A stretch of 64,000 nt of DNA from an uncultured Alistipes sp. (GCA_904502005.1 CAJGDC010000002.1:3916-67915); one strand, 5' to 3'; positions 51,407 to 61,934 are shown, counted from the first letter of the stretch. Notes: generated by a model from the sequence alone, not told the origin. Numbers and translations are program-made.

Positions 51407-54400
51407 TTACTCAAAGTCGTACGGAAGAATATTCTCCTTGTATAGATACCAATTATCCTTGTATCGACCATCTTTACAAGCTGTATACTGCAGATAGTTA
51501 TCAACAGCCTCACGAGGTACGTAGACCTTCATCTCTGCACTATATGGGAACGAGCCATATCCACTGTTAGCGTTGTAATATATAGATGGAGGGGTAGTAG
51601 CTCTACAATATATCTCTGTCAAGCTGGAGTTAGCAGAGTAGAAAGTCCAACTCTTAATAGTTGAGACATCACTACCCAAATGCACACTCGCCAATAGCGG
51701 ACATGTATTAAAGGCATAATCTTCTAACACCTTCACACCCTCTAGATTAGCACTTACGAGGTTGGCACATTCACAAAATGCACGGTTTCCGACTGTTGTC
51801 ACATCCGCCATATCAACAACCTTTGTAATGCTTGAGCAGCCCATAAATGCGCGATAATTTATCGTTGTAACCCCTACTGGAGCTACAAACTCATTGAGTT
51901 CAACACCATTTACATACAATTTTGCCCTTCCAGGGAAAAGAGGGTTGGCAAGATTATCGTAGAAAGTAGCACCGCACCAAGCTGCCAAATCAGAGATATA
52001 GACGCTCTTCAGATTTGAACAATTCTGGAAAGCACAACTTCTGAAGTTGGCAACACCCTTGCCTATAGTTACGCTATTAAGCGAAGTGCAGTTGTAGAAG
52101 GTATTCATTTCAATTCTTGTTATCAAATCTCCCAACTCTACACTCTCAAGGCTTGAACAGCTACTAAACGCTCTCTCGCCAATAGTCGATACAGACTGCG
52201 GGATATTGGCTGTTTTCAAAGCAGCACAACCATAAAACGCTTCCGAGCCAATATTAGTTAGGCTTTGTGGCAGAGTGATTCGCGAAAGATTTGTACACTG
52301 ATAAAAGGCCTGGGATCCAAGTTCTGTAATACCCTCTGATATAGTAACCCTTGCAAGAGCACCGCACTTATAGAATGTCTGAGACGGAATAGTGGTAATT
52401 CCCTTACCTATCACAGCAGACACAAGAGATTTTGCACCATAGAACACACTTTTACCAAAGCTTGTTACACTATCTGGAATAACAACACTCACAAGTTTTG
52501 ATGTCGCATTAAAGGCGGAATCTCCAATCTCAGTAACGCTACTTGGGATAGTTATTGACTCCAAATATGATCCTCCGAAGGCTGAAATACCGATTCTTGT
52601 AAGACCCTCAGGCAGAGTCACCTTCTGCAGTCGGCTGCTCCTAAAGGCGTAATTTCCAATCTCTTTAACATAGTCCGGCACAGTATACTCCGTAATGCCC
52701 TTTCGTGCAAATGCCATCAAAACACCATCTACAATCCAGCAACGAGAGTCAGCAGTGGTATTATTACCAACGAATGAGATCAAATCAGGGCACGCATAGA
52801 ATGGATTATACTCAACCTTCAAATCACCCTTAATCTCAACAGTAGTAATATATTCACTTCTAAAAAATGCTGACTCACTAAGACTCTTTAGATTCTTACC
52901 TAACACTACCTCTTTAAGCTTGAGACAATCAGTCATAAAATTAGCACCTACTGTCTCAATATTATCTCCAAAAGTAACCTTTTTAAATTGCGAGTTATGG
53001 AAAGGACTTCTAGCATAATCGTAGTCTGGCTGATTCGCATCAATTATAAGGTGTCCAGCGCAGTTATACAGTGCCTTTTCACCAATAGACTTGACATCCT
53101 TCTGAATATAGAGACTACTCATAGTTTGACAGTTATAGAAAGCATAGTCCTTTATAGCTGTAACCTGCTCAGGGATAACTATATCAAAAACAGGTTGGTC
53201 ATCAATATAGAACCATCTATTAGTGCTCGAATCATTAGTGTTAAATGGGTTTGCTGTTATGCTATCAAACTCAATATTACACCACGAAGCAAAGTCGTCA
53301 ATATGCACCATAGATACATAAATCGCCTTATTGAAAGCATCGCTCTCAATCAGAGTAACGCTCTTTGGTATATGCACAATACGCAAGGCACTTGAGTCAA
53401 AGGCCTTTGCGCCAATGATTGTAACGCTCTGAGGAATGATTATCTCAGTCATTTTACTACCCGCAAATGCATTGATACCAATCTCTGTAACATCTCCGTC
53501 AAAGAGTATCTTACCCCAACCATTCTCGTATGTGTTAGAGACAATATTTGCGCCAAAGTACGCCGCCTCATTTGGAGTGACGATAGAGCAATCCTGACTC
53601 TGATAGTATATCACATTATTACCCGACAGCTCAGGTTCTACATCTGGATATACTCTAGAAGCATAGCTACCCTCATATGCGCTCTTATAGTCAGAAAGCA
53701 GAGCAAGTGGTACAATAATCTTCTTAACAACACCATAATTTGAGTGGTACGAGTATGGTTCAAAGAAGCTACCATCGCTCACGATTGTCAATGGAATCTC
53801 TGGAGGAGTCAATGCTCTACAGTATATTGTCTCCAGCATATCAGCACCAGCAAAGGCGCTCTGACCGACATAATTTACATTTTCTCCAATAGTAACCTTT
53901 CTGAGATTACTACAATAATAGAACGCATAGTAACCAATCTGCTCTACACCATTGGGAATATTAACCTCTGTAATGCTCTGACAACCATAGAAGGCGTAAT
54001 CATCAACCTTCTTTACATCCTGCGGCACATTGAGCACCGTAAGTTCCTCACCATTAACATATAGGTGTGCACCATTATAGAATGGGGTTGCGTAATAGTT
54101 ATTTCCAAAACTAATCCTACACAACGCATCAATATCCGTAACATTAACCCTTTTAATTTTACCAGTGTAATTAAACGCGCCAAAACCAATCTCTGTGACA
54201 CTACTTGGAATGGTAATCTCACTTAACTCAGTACACCAACTAAAAGCATAATTATCAATAGTTGTCACACCATTTGGGATTACAATACTTGTCAGGGCTT
54301 TATTTTGCTTAAACCAAAACTCATTAAATAGGGTTATGATGCTATTAAGTCCAATAACACCCTCGCCAGTAGCTGGGTCGTAGTTATGGTAGACAATCAT

Positions 54401-55339
54401 CTCGTTAATACTTGAATTTGAGGCGAATGTTATCTGCTCAGTTGCTGTGTATTTAATCTCAGTTACAGCCACCGGAGCCTGATCACACTTAACATAGAGC
54501 GCCTCCATAGGCTGAAGGGCGTTACGGCCGATAGCAAAACGAGATTGGGTACTCTTTGTAAAAGTCTTACCATTAACATCCGTAGCCGTTATAGTAATAC
54601 CCTTGCTAAAGATTGTTGGCGGAACAACAAACCAGAAATCTGTAGGGTTTGCAGCATCTTGACTTACAAGAACACCCTCGCCACAGTTAAGGCTTATCAA
54701 ATCAAATCCAGAGTTTGACATAGAGACTGATGGATCCTTTCCATACTCTGCAGCCACATATGCAAGACCAGATATCTTCTCACCACCGTTTGTTCTGAGG
54801 ACAATATTCTTTATTGTCGCATCACCATAGAGCTGCACCTTAAGATATCCACAGATATTCTTAAACATCAGCAAATCGTCCGAAGTATCCGCCGTAACAG
54901 CAACCATTGCGTTGCTATTCTGACCAAACGACTCACTCTGGTAGAACTGCTCCGAAGGCAATCTGTACTGGAAAGTACCATTACCAACCCACTCGGCGCT
55001 CGCATCACGCGGATAGAGGGCATAGATTCTATCAATAGGGTCATTAGATCCCGTTGCAGTACCATCAATAATCAGGACAAATGTACCGTTACTATCACCC
55101 GTCTGACCATTAAATCGATACTTATTATTGACCGCATCGCCATAGAACACAGATAGTTCATCACGCTGATGCCAACGCAAGAATCGCTCGTCCTCAACAT
55201 ATGTTCGAGTTTGGTCAGCAAAGCAGGCTCTCAACTGACCATACTTAACCTCTGGTAGAGCATCCTGCTGGTCAAACTTGCTACAAGATGCAATGCAAAG
55301 TGCTACAAGCACTGCAAATATTACTCTTTTCATCGCCAT
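51407..55339 (-). CDS. BspA-type leucine-rich-repeat surface lipoprotein with fimbrillin-like N-terminus
   Basis: Lipobox IASC; QTRTY; FKNICGYLKVQLYG, FWFVVPP; many IPxSVTxIGxxAFxxCxxL repeats. Confidence 0.9.
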   Translation of the reverse strand: MAMKRVIFAVLVALCIASCSKFDQQDALPEVKYGQLRACFADQTRTYVEDERFLRWHQRDELSVFYGDAVNNKYRFNGQTGDSNGTFVLIIDGTATGSNDPIDRIYALYPRDASAEWVGNGTFQYRLPSEQFYQSESFGQNSNAMVAVTADTSDDLLMFKNICGYLKVQLYGDATIKNIVLRTNGGEKISGLAYVAAEYGKDPSVSMSNSGFDLISLNCGEGVLVSQDAANPTDFWFVVPPTIFSKGITITATDVNGKTFTKSTQSRFAIGRNALQPMEALYVKCDQAPVAVTEIKYTATEQITFASNSSINEMIVYHNYDPATGEGVIGLNSIITLFNEFWFKQNKALTSIVIPNGVTTIDNYAFSWCTELSEITIPSSVTEIGFGAFNYTGKIKRVNVTDIDALCRISFGNNYYATPFYNGAHLYVNGEELTVLNVPQDVKKVDDYAFYGCQSITEVNIPNGVEQIGYYAFYYCSNLRKVTIGENVNYVGQSAFAGADMLETIYCRALTPPEIPLTIVSDGSFFEPYSYHSNYGVVKKIIVPLALLSDYKSAYEGSYASRVYPDVEPELSGNNVIYYQSQDCSIVTPNEAAYFGANIVSNTYENGWGKILFDGDVTEIGINAFAGSKMTEIIIPQSVTIIGAKAFDSSALRIVHIPKSVTLIESDAFNKAIYVSMVHIDDFASWCNIEFDSITANPFNTNDSSTNRWFYIDDQPVFDIVIPEQVTAIKDYAFYNCQTMSSLYIQKDVKSIGEKALYNCAGHLIIDANQPDYDYARSPFHNSQFKKVTFGDNIETVGANFMTDCLKLKEVVLGKNLKSLSESAFFRSEYITTVEIKGDLKVEYNPFYACPDLISFVGNNTTADSRCWIVDGVLMAFARKGITEYTVPDYVKEIGNYAFRSSRLQKVTLPEGLTRIGISAFGGSYLESITIPSSVTEIGDSAFNATSKLVSVVIPDSVTSFGKSVFYGAKSLVSAVIGKGITTIPSQTFYKCGALARVTISEGITELGSQAFYQCTNLSRITLPQSLTNIGSEAFYGCAALKTANIPQSVSTIGERAFSSCSSLESVELGDLITRIEMNTFYNCTSLNSVTIGKGVANFRSCAFQNCSNLKSVYISDLAAWCGATFYDNLANPLFPGRAKLYVNGVELNEFVAPVGVTTINYRAFMGCSSITKVVDMADVTTVGNRAFCECANLVSANLEGVKVLEDYAFNTCPLLASVHLGSDVSTIKSWTFYSANSSLTEIYCRATTPPSIYYNANSGYGSFPYSAEMKVYVPREAVDNYLQYTACKDGRYKDNWYLYKENILPYDFE

Positions 55340-55351
55340 AACAAATTTAAA

Positions 55352-55477
55352 TTACCACTTAATTTCCGGATACTCTTCATCCTCAATACTCTCCATATTT
55401 GAGAGAGCAAATCCTCGCTCTACAGTAATCTCCTCACACAGCTCAATGTAAGGCATTTGGTAAACTCGTTTATTCAT
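55352..55477 (-). CDS. 41-aa acidic peptide (MNKRVYQMPYIELCEEITVERGFALSNMESIEDEEYPEIKW)
   Basis: Clean ORF ending 12 nt before the LRR start; YxxPxI...E.GFA.S...W pattern recalled from small ORFs preceding Bacteroidales fimbrillin-like genes. Confidence 0.75.
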   Translation of the reverse strand: MNKRVYQMPYIELCEEITVERGFALSNMESIEDEEYPEIKW

Positions 55478-55561
55478 AACCATCATTTTTATAATAGACA
55501 CAACAATCAGCAGGTGACAAGCATCCCCATCACCATAAACAATATATAATAATCAACGCAA

Positions 55562-55645
55562 CTATCTGATATACAGCGCAATACCCCCCCCTAAATTCAA
55601 TAAGAAGGATTCAACAGAAAGATTTTTAGTGTAGTGCGCATTCAT
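55562..55645 (-). CDS. Putative leader peptide containing a G8 tract (MNAHYTKNLSVESFLLNLGGGIALYIR)
   Basis: ATG 32 nt after TATCTTTG; C8 on + at 55584-55591; parallels 4338-4424. Confidence 0.5.
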   Translation of the reverse strand: MNAHYTKNLSVESFLLNLGGGIALYIR

Positions 55646-55677
55646 AACACAAAGAGTTTCTATAAATCAAGTATTCA

Positions 55678-55754
55678 CAAAGATAAGCAAAACTATTTGA
55701 TAAAGCAATATTTTGTGCCAAACTTTTGTTTTGTGCTAAAAGTTATTAACTTTG
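55678..55754. promoter_or_regulatory. Divergent promoters (LRR leader on -, ruvB on +)
   Basis: TATCTTTG on - at 55678-55685 with TTG 20 nt upstream; TAACTTTG on + at 55747-55754. Confidence 0.7.
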
Positions 55755-55776
55755 CAGAGTTAAACATTAAGGCACT

Positions 55777-56790
55777 ATGTCAGATTACAGAAACGGTAGG
55801 CGCACCGAGTCGGATAGCGAGTTTGAGAACAGGATTCGCCCGCAGGAGCTTGAGCAGTTCTCAGGTCAGGATAAGACTGTTGAGAATCTCAAGGTCTTTA
55901 TCAAGGCTGCGCTGATGCGTGGTGACTCACTCGACCACGTCTTGTTACACGGACCTCCAGGGTTGGGCAAGACCACCATTGCAAATATTATTGCCAACGA
56001 GATGGGTGCCCAGATGAAGGTCACCTCAGGCCCTGTGCTTGACAAACCAGGCGACCTTGCAGGTCTGCTGACAAACCTCTCCGAGGGCGATGTACTCTTT
56101 ATTGACGAGATACACCGTCTCAGTCCTATTGTTGAGGAGTATCTCTACTCGGCAATGGAGGATTTCAAGATTGATATTGTGCTTGACAAGGGCCCTTCTG
56201 CCCGCTCTATTCAGATAGAACTTGCGCCATTTACCCTTATCGGTGCAACAACACGCAGTGGACTACTCACTTCACCACTTCGCGCCCGCTTTGGCATCAC
56301 CTGCCACCTAGAGTACTACGATGCCAAGGTGCTCAACCGCATCGTCAAGCGCTCGTCGGCCATTCTCGGCATATCTATTGATGATGATGCCGCTACAGAG
56401 CTTGCTCTACGTTCACGCGGCACTCCGCGAATTGCCAATGCGCTGCTACGCCGAGTGCGTGACTTCGCCATGGTCAAGGGCGAGGGACATATAGACCTTG
56501 AGATTACCCGTATGGCACTGGGTGCGCTCAACATTGACTCAAGAGGACTCGATGAGATGGATAACAAGATTCTCTCCACCATTATAGCCAAATTTGGCGG
56601 AGGACCCGTGGGACTCAACACTATTGCCACAGCCGTGAGCGAGGAGGCAGGTACCCTTGAAGAGGTCTACGAGCCTTTCCTAATCAAGGAGGGATTCCTT
56701 AAGCGCACACCACGAGGTCGTGAAGTTACCGAACTTGCATATCAACACCTCGGCATGACGCCAGAAGCAAAAGAAGGAGAGCTTTTTTAG
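55777..56790 (+). CDS. ruvB: Holliday junction branch-migration helicase RuvB
   Basis: [40 protein letters not shown]. Confidence 0.98.
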   Translation: MSDYRNGRRTESDSEFENRIRPQELEQFSGQDKTVENLKVFIKAALMRGDSLDHVLLHGPPGLGKTTIANIIANEMGAQMKVTSGPVLDKPGDLAGLLTNLSEGDVLFIDEIHRLSPIVEEYLYSAMEDFKIDIVLDKGPSARSIQIELAPFTLIGATTRSGLLTSPLRARFGITCHLEYYDAKVLNRIVKRSSAILGISIDDDAATELALRSRGTPRIANALLRRVRDFAMVKGEGHIDLEITRMALGALNIDSRGLDEMDNKILSTIIAKFGGGPVGLNTIATAVSEEAGTLEEVYEPFLIKEGFLKRTPRGREVTELAYQHLGMTPEAKEGELF

Positions 56791-56805
56791 CTCTCCTTCT
56801 TTTTT
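56770..56805. terminator. Bidirectional terminator overlapping the ruvB stop
   Basis: aaagaaggagagct/agctctccttcttt stem followed by a T run. Confidence 0.75.
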
Positions 56806-56847
56806 AGCCATTAGCTTGCCTTTGGCACCCTACACTGTTACGGCAGT

Positions 56848-57507
56848 CTACCCAAGCATCTGCTCAAGGCTCTCAAGTGTCATACCCTTAAAGTCGGTAA
56901 TGATATGCTCCACACCATCGGCAGCAAGAGCCTCAGGGGTAGCGGTACTTGAGAGTGCAACTACCTTACAGCCAGCAGCCCAGCCTGCCTTAATGCCAGA
57001 GATTGCATCCTCAAAGACCACACAATCCTCAGGAGCAAGACCCATGCCCTCACAACACTTAAGAAATATCTCTGGATGAGGTTTGAAGTTCACCACATCG
57101 TCACCACAGATACATCCATCAATCTTATCATCAAGCTGCGCACCGTTCCAGATAAGGTCTATATTAAGTCTTGGTGCTGCCGAACCGACATAACACTTAA
57201 CGCCCTTGGCCTTAGCCTCTGCAAGCAGCTCTGCAAGACCATCGGTAAGACACACTTTACCTGCATAAAGTTCGCGATAGATAGCCTCCTTTTCATCCGA
57301 GAGATATTGAAGACCATACTTGTCAATAACCCACTGTGGGGCTATGGCAAGAAATATCTCATCGTTATGGCGACCATAGAATTTGTTTGTCACGGGCTGC
57401 AACATCTGGTAGCCAAGGCGCTCCGCAAGTGTGCTAAAAGCCTTCATGTGATACGGCATATTCTGAATAAGTGTGCCGTCCATATCAAAAATAAGTCCCT
57501 TAATCAT
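56848..57507 (-). CDS. HAD-superfamily phosphatase (beta-phosphoglucomutase-like)
   Basis: FDMDGT, KPHPEIF, VFEDAISG. Confidence 0.9.
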   Translation of the reverse strand: MIKGLIFDMDGTLIQNMPYHMKAFSTLAERLGYQMLQPVTNKFYGRHNDEIFLAIAPQWVIDKYGLQYLSDEKEAIYRELYAGKVCLTDGLAELLAEAKAKGVKCYVGSAAPRLNIDLIWNGAQLDDKIDGCICGDDVVNFKPHPEIFLKCCEGMGLAPEDCVVFEDAISGIKAGWAAGCKVVALSSTATPEALAADGVEHIITDFKGMTLESLEQMLG

Positions 57508-57511
57508 ATCT

Positions 57512-58519
57512 TTATCTCTTAAACATTTGTTCTAACTCATCTAAAGTCACAGCCATATCCTCAACCCTACCGATAGCCCTCGGAACAATAAGGTGCAACT
57601 TATCATTCTCTCTCTTCTTATCCTTGGCAATTGAGGCTATAAGGTCGGTTACAGCAATATAACCCATTTCGAAGTTGTATTGCCTACACAAGCCAACAAT
57701 CCTATTTGCATCATCTGGATGGATAAGATTATTTTTGCGTGCCATATCTGCAATAGCAATTAGACCGATAGCCACAGCCTCACCGTGATTATATTGGCAA
57801 TTTGGCCGAGATTCAACAGCGTGGGCAATCGTATGTCCAAGGTTAAGCACTCGGCGAAGACCACTCTCGCGCTCATCCTTGCTAACAATATCAAGCTTTA
57901 TCTTTATCGTTGCCCTTACAACAGCCTCTAAAGCCCCATAATCGCATCTAAAGAGTTCTAACCGCGCGCTTTCAAGATCCTTAAATAAAATCGGATTACT
58001 GATAATTGCCGACTTAATTATCTCTGCAAAACCAGCACGGAACTCCCTATCCGGCAGGGTGCTAAGCATAGCCACATCGCAAATAACAAACTTTGGCTGA
58101 CAGAAAGTTCCCGCCATATTTTTATATCCGCCGACATTGACACCATTCTTCCCGCCTAACGATGCATCCACCTGTGCAAGGAGCGTAGTTGCCACAAAGC
58201 CAAAATCTACACCACGCATAAATGTTGCGCCGACAAAACCGGTAATATCAGTAACAATGCCGCCACCGATACCTACAAGCATCGTTGTGCGATCTGCTCC
58301 CCTACGAATAAGCTCCGAGTAGACCATTCCAACAGTTTCAAGGCTCTTCGCGCTCTCGCCCTCCCGAATAGTGATATGCTCAAACTGAGAAATAAGTCCA
58401 AAGTAGTGCAAGCGAACTGTATCGTCGGTGACAACAATAACCCTGCGACCAGCAGTAAGCTCTGCAAGTAGTTGCGCTGCCCTGCCGACATAAACGTAGC
58501 TATTCTCGATTCTACTCAT
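57512..58519 (-). CDS. aroB: 3-dehydroquinate synthase
   Basis: GGGIVTD, TTLLAQVDASLGGKNG, LNLGHT, HGEAVAIG. Confidence 0.95.
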   Translation of the reverse strand: MSRIENSYVYVGRAAQLLAELTAGRRVIVVTDDTVRLHYFGLISQFEHITIREGESAKSLETVGMVYSELIRRGADRTTMLVGIGGGIVTDITGFVGATFMRGVDFGFVATTLLAQVDASLGGKNGVNVGGYKNMAGTFCQPKFVICDVAMLSTLPDREFRAGFAEIIKSAIISNPILFKDLESARLELFRCDYGALEAVVRATIKIKLDIVSKDERESGLRRVLNLGHTIAHAVESRPNCQYNHGEAVAIGLIAIADMARKNNLIHPDDANRIVGLCRQYNFEMGYIAVTDLIASIAKDKKRENDKLHLIVPRAIGRVEDMAVTLDELEQMFKR

Positions 58520-58610
58520 AGTTTTGCACTTATAAGGTCAAATTGATAGACAAAAGTAATACTTTTTTCAATTAAAATTGCTAACTTTGCGCGTTAATAT
58601 ATTAAAATTT

Positions 58611-60410
58611 ATGCAGAAACTTAGAAATATCGCAATCATCGCCCATGTAGACCATGGAAAGACTACATTGGTTGACAAGATGATTATGGCGGGCAACCTG
58701 CTCCGCGAGGCGTCAAAGACAGGCGAACTGGTACTTGACAACAACGACCTTGAGCGCGAGCGTGGTATTACAATCCTCTCAAAGAACGTATCAGTAATAT
58801 ACAAGGATTACAAAATCAATATCATCGACACCCCAGGTCACGCCGACTTTGGTGGTGAGGTGGAGCGTGTGCTCAATATGTGCGACGGCGTGCTACTGCT
58901 GGTAGACGCCTTTGAGGGCACCATGCCACAGACTCGCTTTGTGCTTCAGAAGGCGCTGATGCTTGGCAAGAAGCCTATTGTTGTTATCAACAAGGTGGAC
59001 AAACCAAACTGTCGTCCCGAGGTGGTAAACGAGCAGGTCTTTGATCTTATGTTCACCCTCGACGCTACAGAGGAGCAGCTCGATTACAAGACCATCTACG
59101 GCTCGGCAAAACAGGGCTGGATGTCGCATAAGTGGAACGAGAAGACCGACTCTATACAGCCACTTCTTGACGCTATTATTGACGAGATTCCGGAGCCTCA
59201 GACTGCCGAGGGTACACCACAGATGCTTATCACATCGCTTGAGTATTCATCTTACATCGGTCGTATTGCTGTAGGTAAGCTTACTCGCGGAAGTCTTGTT
59301 TCGGGTCAAACCGTAACACTTGCCAAGCGTGATGGAGTAACTAAGGTTAAGACAAAGATTAAGGAGCTGATGGTCTTTGAGGGGTTGGGCAAGAAGAAGG
59401 TTGAGAGAGTTGAGTGTGGCGAGATTTGTGCCCTTGTAGGTATTGAAGGCTTTGAGATTGGCGACACAGTTTGCGACGCTGAGAATCCAGAGCCACTGCC
59501 ACCAATCAAGATTGACGAGCCGACAATGTCTATGCTCTTTACCATTAACAACTCCCCATTCTTCGGCAAGGATGGCAAGTATGTAACATCACGTCATATC
59601 AAGGAGCGCCTTGACCACGAGCTGGAGAAGAATCTCGCCCTACGCGTAGAGCCAGGGCAGAATGCCGACTCATTTATCGTCTACGGTCGTGGCGTGCTTC
59701 ACCTCTCTGTACTCATTGAGACTATGCGCCGCGAGGGCTACGAGCTTCAGGTAGGTCAGCCAAAAGTTATCATCAAGGAGATTGATGGACAGAAGTGCGA
59801 GCCTATTGAGGAGATGGCAGTCGATTGCCCAGATGAGGTAGCAGGAACAGTGATTGAGCTATCTACACGTCGCAAGGGTACGCTGACAAATATGGAGTCT
59901 AACAATGGTCGCACACGACTTGAGTTTGATATTCCATCGCGAGGTATTATCGGTCTTCGTTCAAATATGCTCACAGCTACTGCTGGCGAGGCGATTATGT
60001 CACACCGATTGAAGGGTTTTGAGCCATATGTTGGCGAGATTGAGATGCGTACAAACGGCTCAATCATAGCCTCAGAGACAGGTACTGCATACGCATACTC
60101 TATTGACAAACTCCAAGACCGTGGTCGTTTCTTCATCTCTCCGATGGAGGATGTATATATGGGTCAGGTTATCGGCGAGCACACTCGTGGCAATGACATC
60201 ACAGTAAATGTCACCAAAGCAAAGCAGCTGACAAATATGCGTGCATCGGGCTCCGACGAGAAGGCCTCTATTGCACCTCCAAAAATCTTCAGTCTTGAGG
60301 AGGCTCTTGAGTATATCAAGGAGGACGAGTATGTAGAGGTAACCCCTAAGGCGATGCGTCTTCGCAAGATTCTACTCAATGAGGTAGACCGCAAGCGAGC
60401 AGCTAAGTAA
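58611..60410 (+). CDS. typA: Translational GTPase TypA/BipA
   Basis: [38 protein letters not shown]. Confidence 0.97.
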   Translation: MQKLRNIAIIAHVDHGKTTLVDKMIMAGNLLREASKTGELVLDNNDLERERGITILSKNVSVIYKDYKINIIDTPGHADFGGEVERVLNMCDGVLLLVDAFEGTMPQTRFVLQKALMLGKKPIVVINKVDKPNCRPEVVNEQVFDLMFTLDATEEQLDYKTIYGSAKQGWMSHKWNEKTDSIQPLLDAIIDEIPEPQTAEGTPQMLITSLEYSSYIGRIAVGKLTRGSLVSGQTVTLAKRDGVTKVKTKIKELMVFEGLGKKKVERVECGEICALVGIEGFEIGDTVCDAENPEPLPPIKIDEPTMSMLFTINNSPFFGKDGKYVTSRHIKERLDHELEKNLALRVEPGQNADSFIVYGRGVLHLSVLIETMRREGYELQVGQPKVIIKEIDGQKCEPIEEMAVDCPDEVAGTVIELSTRRKGTLTNMESNNGRTRLEFDIPSRGIIGLRSNMLTATAGEAIMSHRLKGFEPYVGEIEMRTNGSIIASETGTAYAYSIDKLQDRGRFFISPMEDVYMGQVIGEHTRGNDITVNVTKAKQLTNMRASGSDEKASIAPPKIFSLEEALEYIKEDEYVEVTPKAMRLRKILLNEVDRKRAAK

Positions 60411-60422
60411 GCAACCTAACAA

Positions 60423-61400
60423 ATGAACAATATGAAAAAACTAATTCTATCAATTATGGCAACAACAGCTATGTTTGGATGTGCAACAACTCCGCAGACA
60501 GAGAGTGCTCCTGCAAAGGTATATATGACAACAGACATTAGCCCAGAGGGTCTTGTGCGCGTATATGAGGCATTGGGCGTAGAGGCAACCGGCAAGGTTG
60601 CGGTAAAGATTAGCACCGGCGAGCCTGGTGGTAAGAACTTCCTCAAGCCTGCACTTATCAAGAACCTTGTTCAGAAGGTTAATGGTACTATCGTTGAGTG
60701 CAATACTGCCTACAAAGGTCGCCGCAACACTACAGAGGCACACCTTGAGGCTGCACGTGAGCATGGCTTCTTTGACATTGCCGATGTTGATATTATGGAT
60801 GCTGAGGGCGAGATTCAGATTCCAGTTAAGGATACAACCCACATCAAGTACAACATTGTGGGTAAGAATATTGCCAACTATGACTTTATGATTAACCTCG
60901 CCCACTTCAAGGGTCACGTTATGGGTGGCTTTGGTGGCGTATTGAAGAATCAGTCTATCGGCAACGCATCAAGCGCAGGAAAGGCGTATATCCACTCTTC
61001 AGGCCATACAACCGATATGCAGAAGATGTGGGACTATTTCGGCAACCAGATTGAGTTCCTTGAGTCTATGGCTGCCGCAGCACAGTCTATTCACGACTAT
61101 TTTGGAGGTGGTGAGCGTATTCTCTACATCAACGTTATGAACAACATGTCTGTAGACTGCGACTGTAACGCACACCCTGCAGACCCATTGCTTAAGGATG
61201 TAGGTATTCTTGCCTCTACCGACCCGGTTGCTCTGGATAAGGCTTGCCTTGATATTATCTTCAACATCACACCATCTGAGGGTAACGACAATGGTCCACT
61301 GCTTGAGCGCATCCGCACTAAGCACGGCACACACATCGTTGACTACTCAGAGAAGATTGGTCTTGGCACACAAAAGTACGAGCTGATAAATATAGACTGA
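60423..61400 (+). CDS. DUF362-family putative Fe-S lipoprotein
   Basis: Lipobox MFGC; VAVKISTGE, VECNTAY, AHFKGH..GGFGG, VDCDC, ASTDPVALDKAC. Confidence 0.85.
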   Translation: MNNMKKLILSIMATTAMFGCATTPQTESAPAKVYMTTDISPEGLVRVYEALGVEATGKVAVKISTGEPGGKNFLKPALIKNLVQKVNGTIVECNTAYKGRRNTTEAHLEAAREHGFFDIADVDIMDAEGEIQIPVKDTTHIKYNIVGKNIANYDFMINLAHFKGHVMGGFGGVLKNQSIGNASSAGKAYIHSSGHTTDMQKMWDYFGNQIEFLESMAAAAQSIHDYFGGGERILYINVMNNMSVDCDCNAHPADPLLKDVGILASTDPVALDKACLDIIFNITPSEGNDNGPLLERIRTKHGTHIVDYSEKIGLGTQKYELINID

Positions 61401-61934
61401 ATAGCTCAACAAACTGCTATCACTCGAATCTTAGAGTCACATCCAAAGGCTCGACTACAGGATATCTACAAGAGCTGTTTTCAGGACCGTTTTGGTGTAG
61501 CTCACGCCCTTGCAGATAGGGACAAAGTGGTTGAGTTTATCATCCGCGAGAGCCAAAATGCCACGAGTTTTGAGAGCGAGTACGCAGAGCAATGCGGTTG
61601 GCGTGGCAACTTTGTCCGCATAAACCTCAAGGCAGTAGCAGAGGGCCGAATCACTGCCGAAGAGCTTGCCGACGCCTTTATAGCGAGCGTTGTAGAGGTT
61701 ACAAAGGCAGACTTGACTGCTTGGCGAAGTGAGTGGGCAGAGATTGAGCATATCGTAGCAGAGCTCTACCCTACCCTTGATGGTTACAAAGAGGACTCTG
61801 ATGCTATTTCAGCACTCTTGTTGGAGGGTAAGTATGTGATGCACCACAGCCAACAATACAACAAGCACTATGCACCACACTACCGCATAGTTAGCAGAGA
61901 ACAATACGAAAAACTAAAAGATAGACTAAAATGA
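61401..61934 (+). CDS. Hypothetical protein, in frame with DUF362 beyond a single TGA; start uncertain
   Basis: Frame open from 61401: IAQQ...HPKARLQDIYKSCFQDRFGVAH...HHSQQYNKHYAPHYRIV; first GTG only at 61527. Confidence 0.65.
   Translation: MAQQTAITRILESHPKARLQDIYKSCFQDRFGVAHALADRDKVVEFIIRESQNATSFESEYAEQCGWRGNFVRINLKAVAEGRITAEELADAFIASVVEVTKADLTAWRSEWAEIEHIVAELYPTLDGYKEDSDAISALLLEGKYVMHHSQQYNKHYAPHYRIVSREQYEKLKDRLK

Noticed and set aside
50548..55339. Prophage or island at tRNA-Arg(CCG)
   Set aside because: No integrase, no structural genes and no duplicated tRNA-Arg end seen; the repressor runs into housekeeping genes
51407..55339. Diversity-generating retroelement target
   Set aside because: No reverse transcriptase and no template/variable repeat pair differing at adenines were noticed
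61398..61420. Selenocysteine recoding of the TGA
   Set aside because: Only a weak 5-bp hairpin (atagc/gctat) follows, the position is not a catalytic Cys site, and no sel genes are in view
21029..61934. Alternative genetic code explaining the in-frame stops
   Set aside because: The two stops differ (TAA, TGA), and conserved genes here end normally at TAA and TAG with no internal stops
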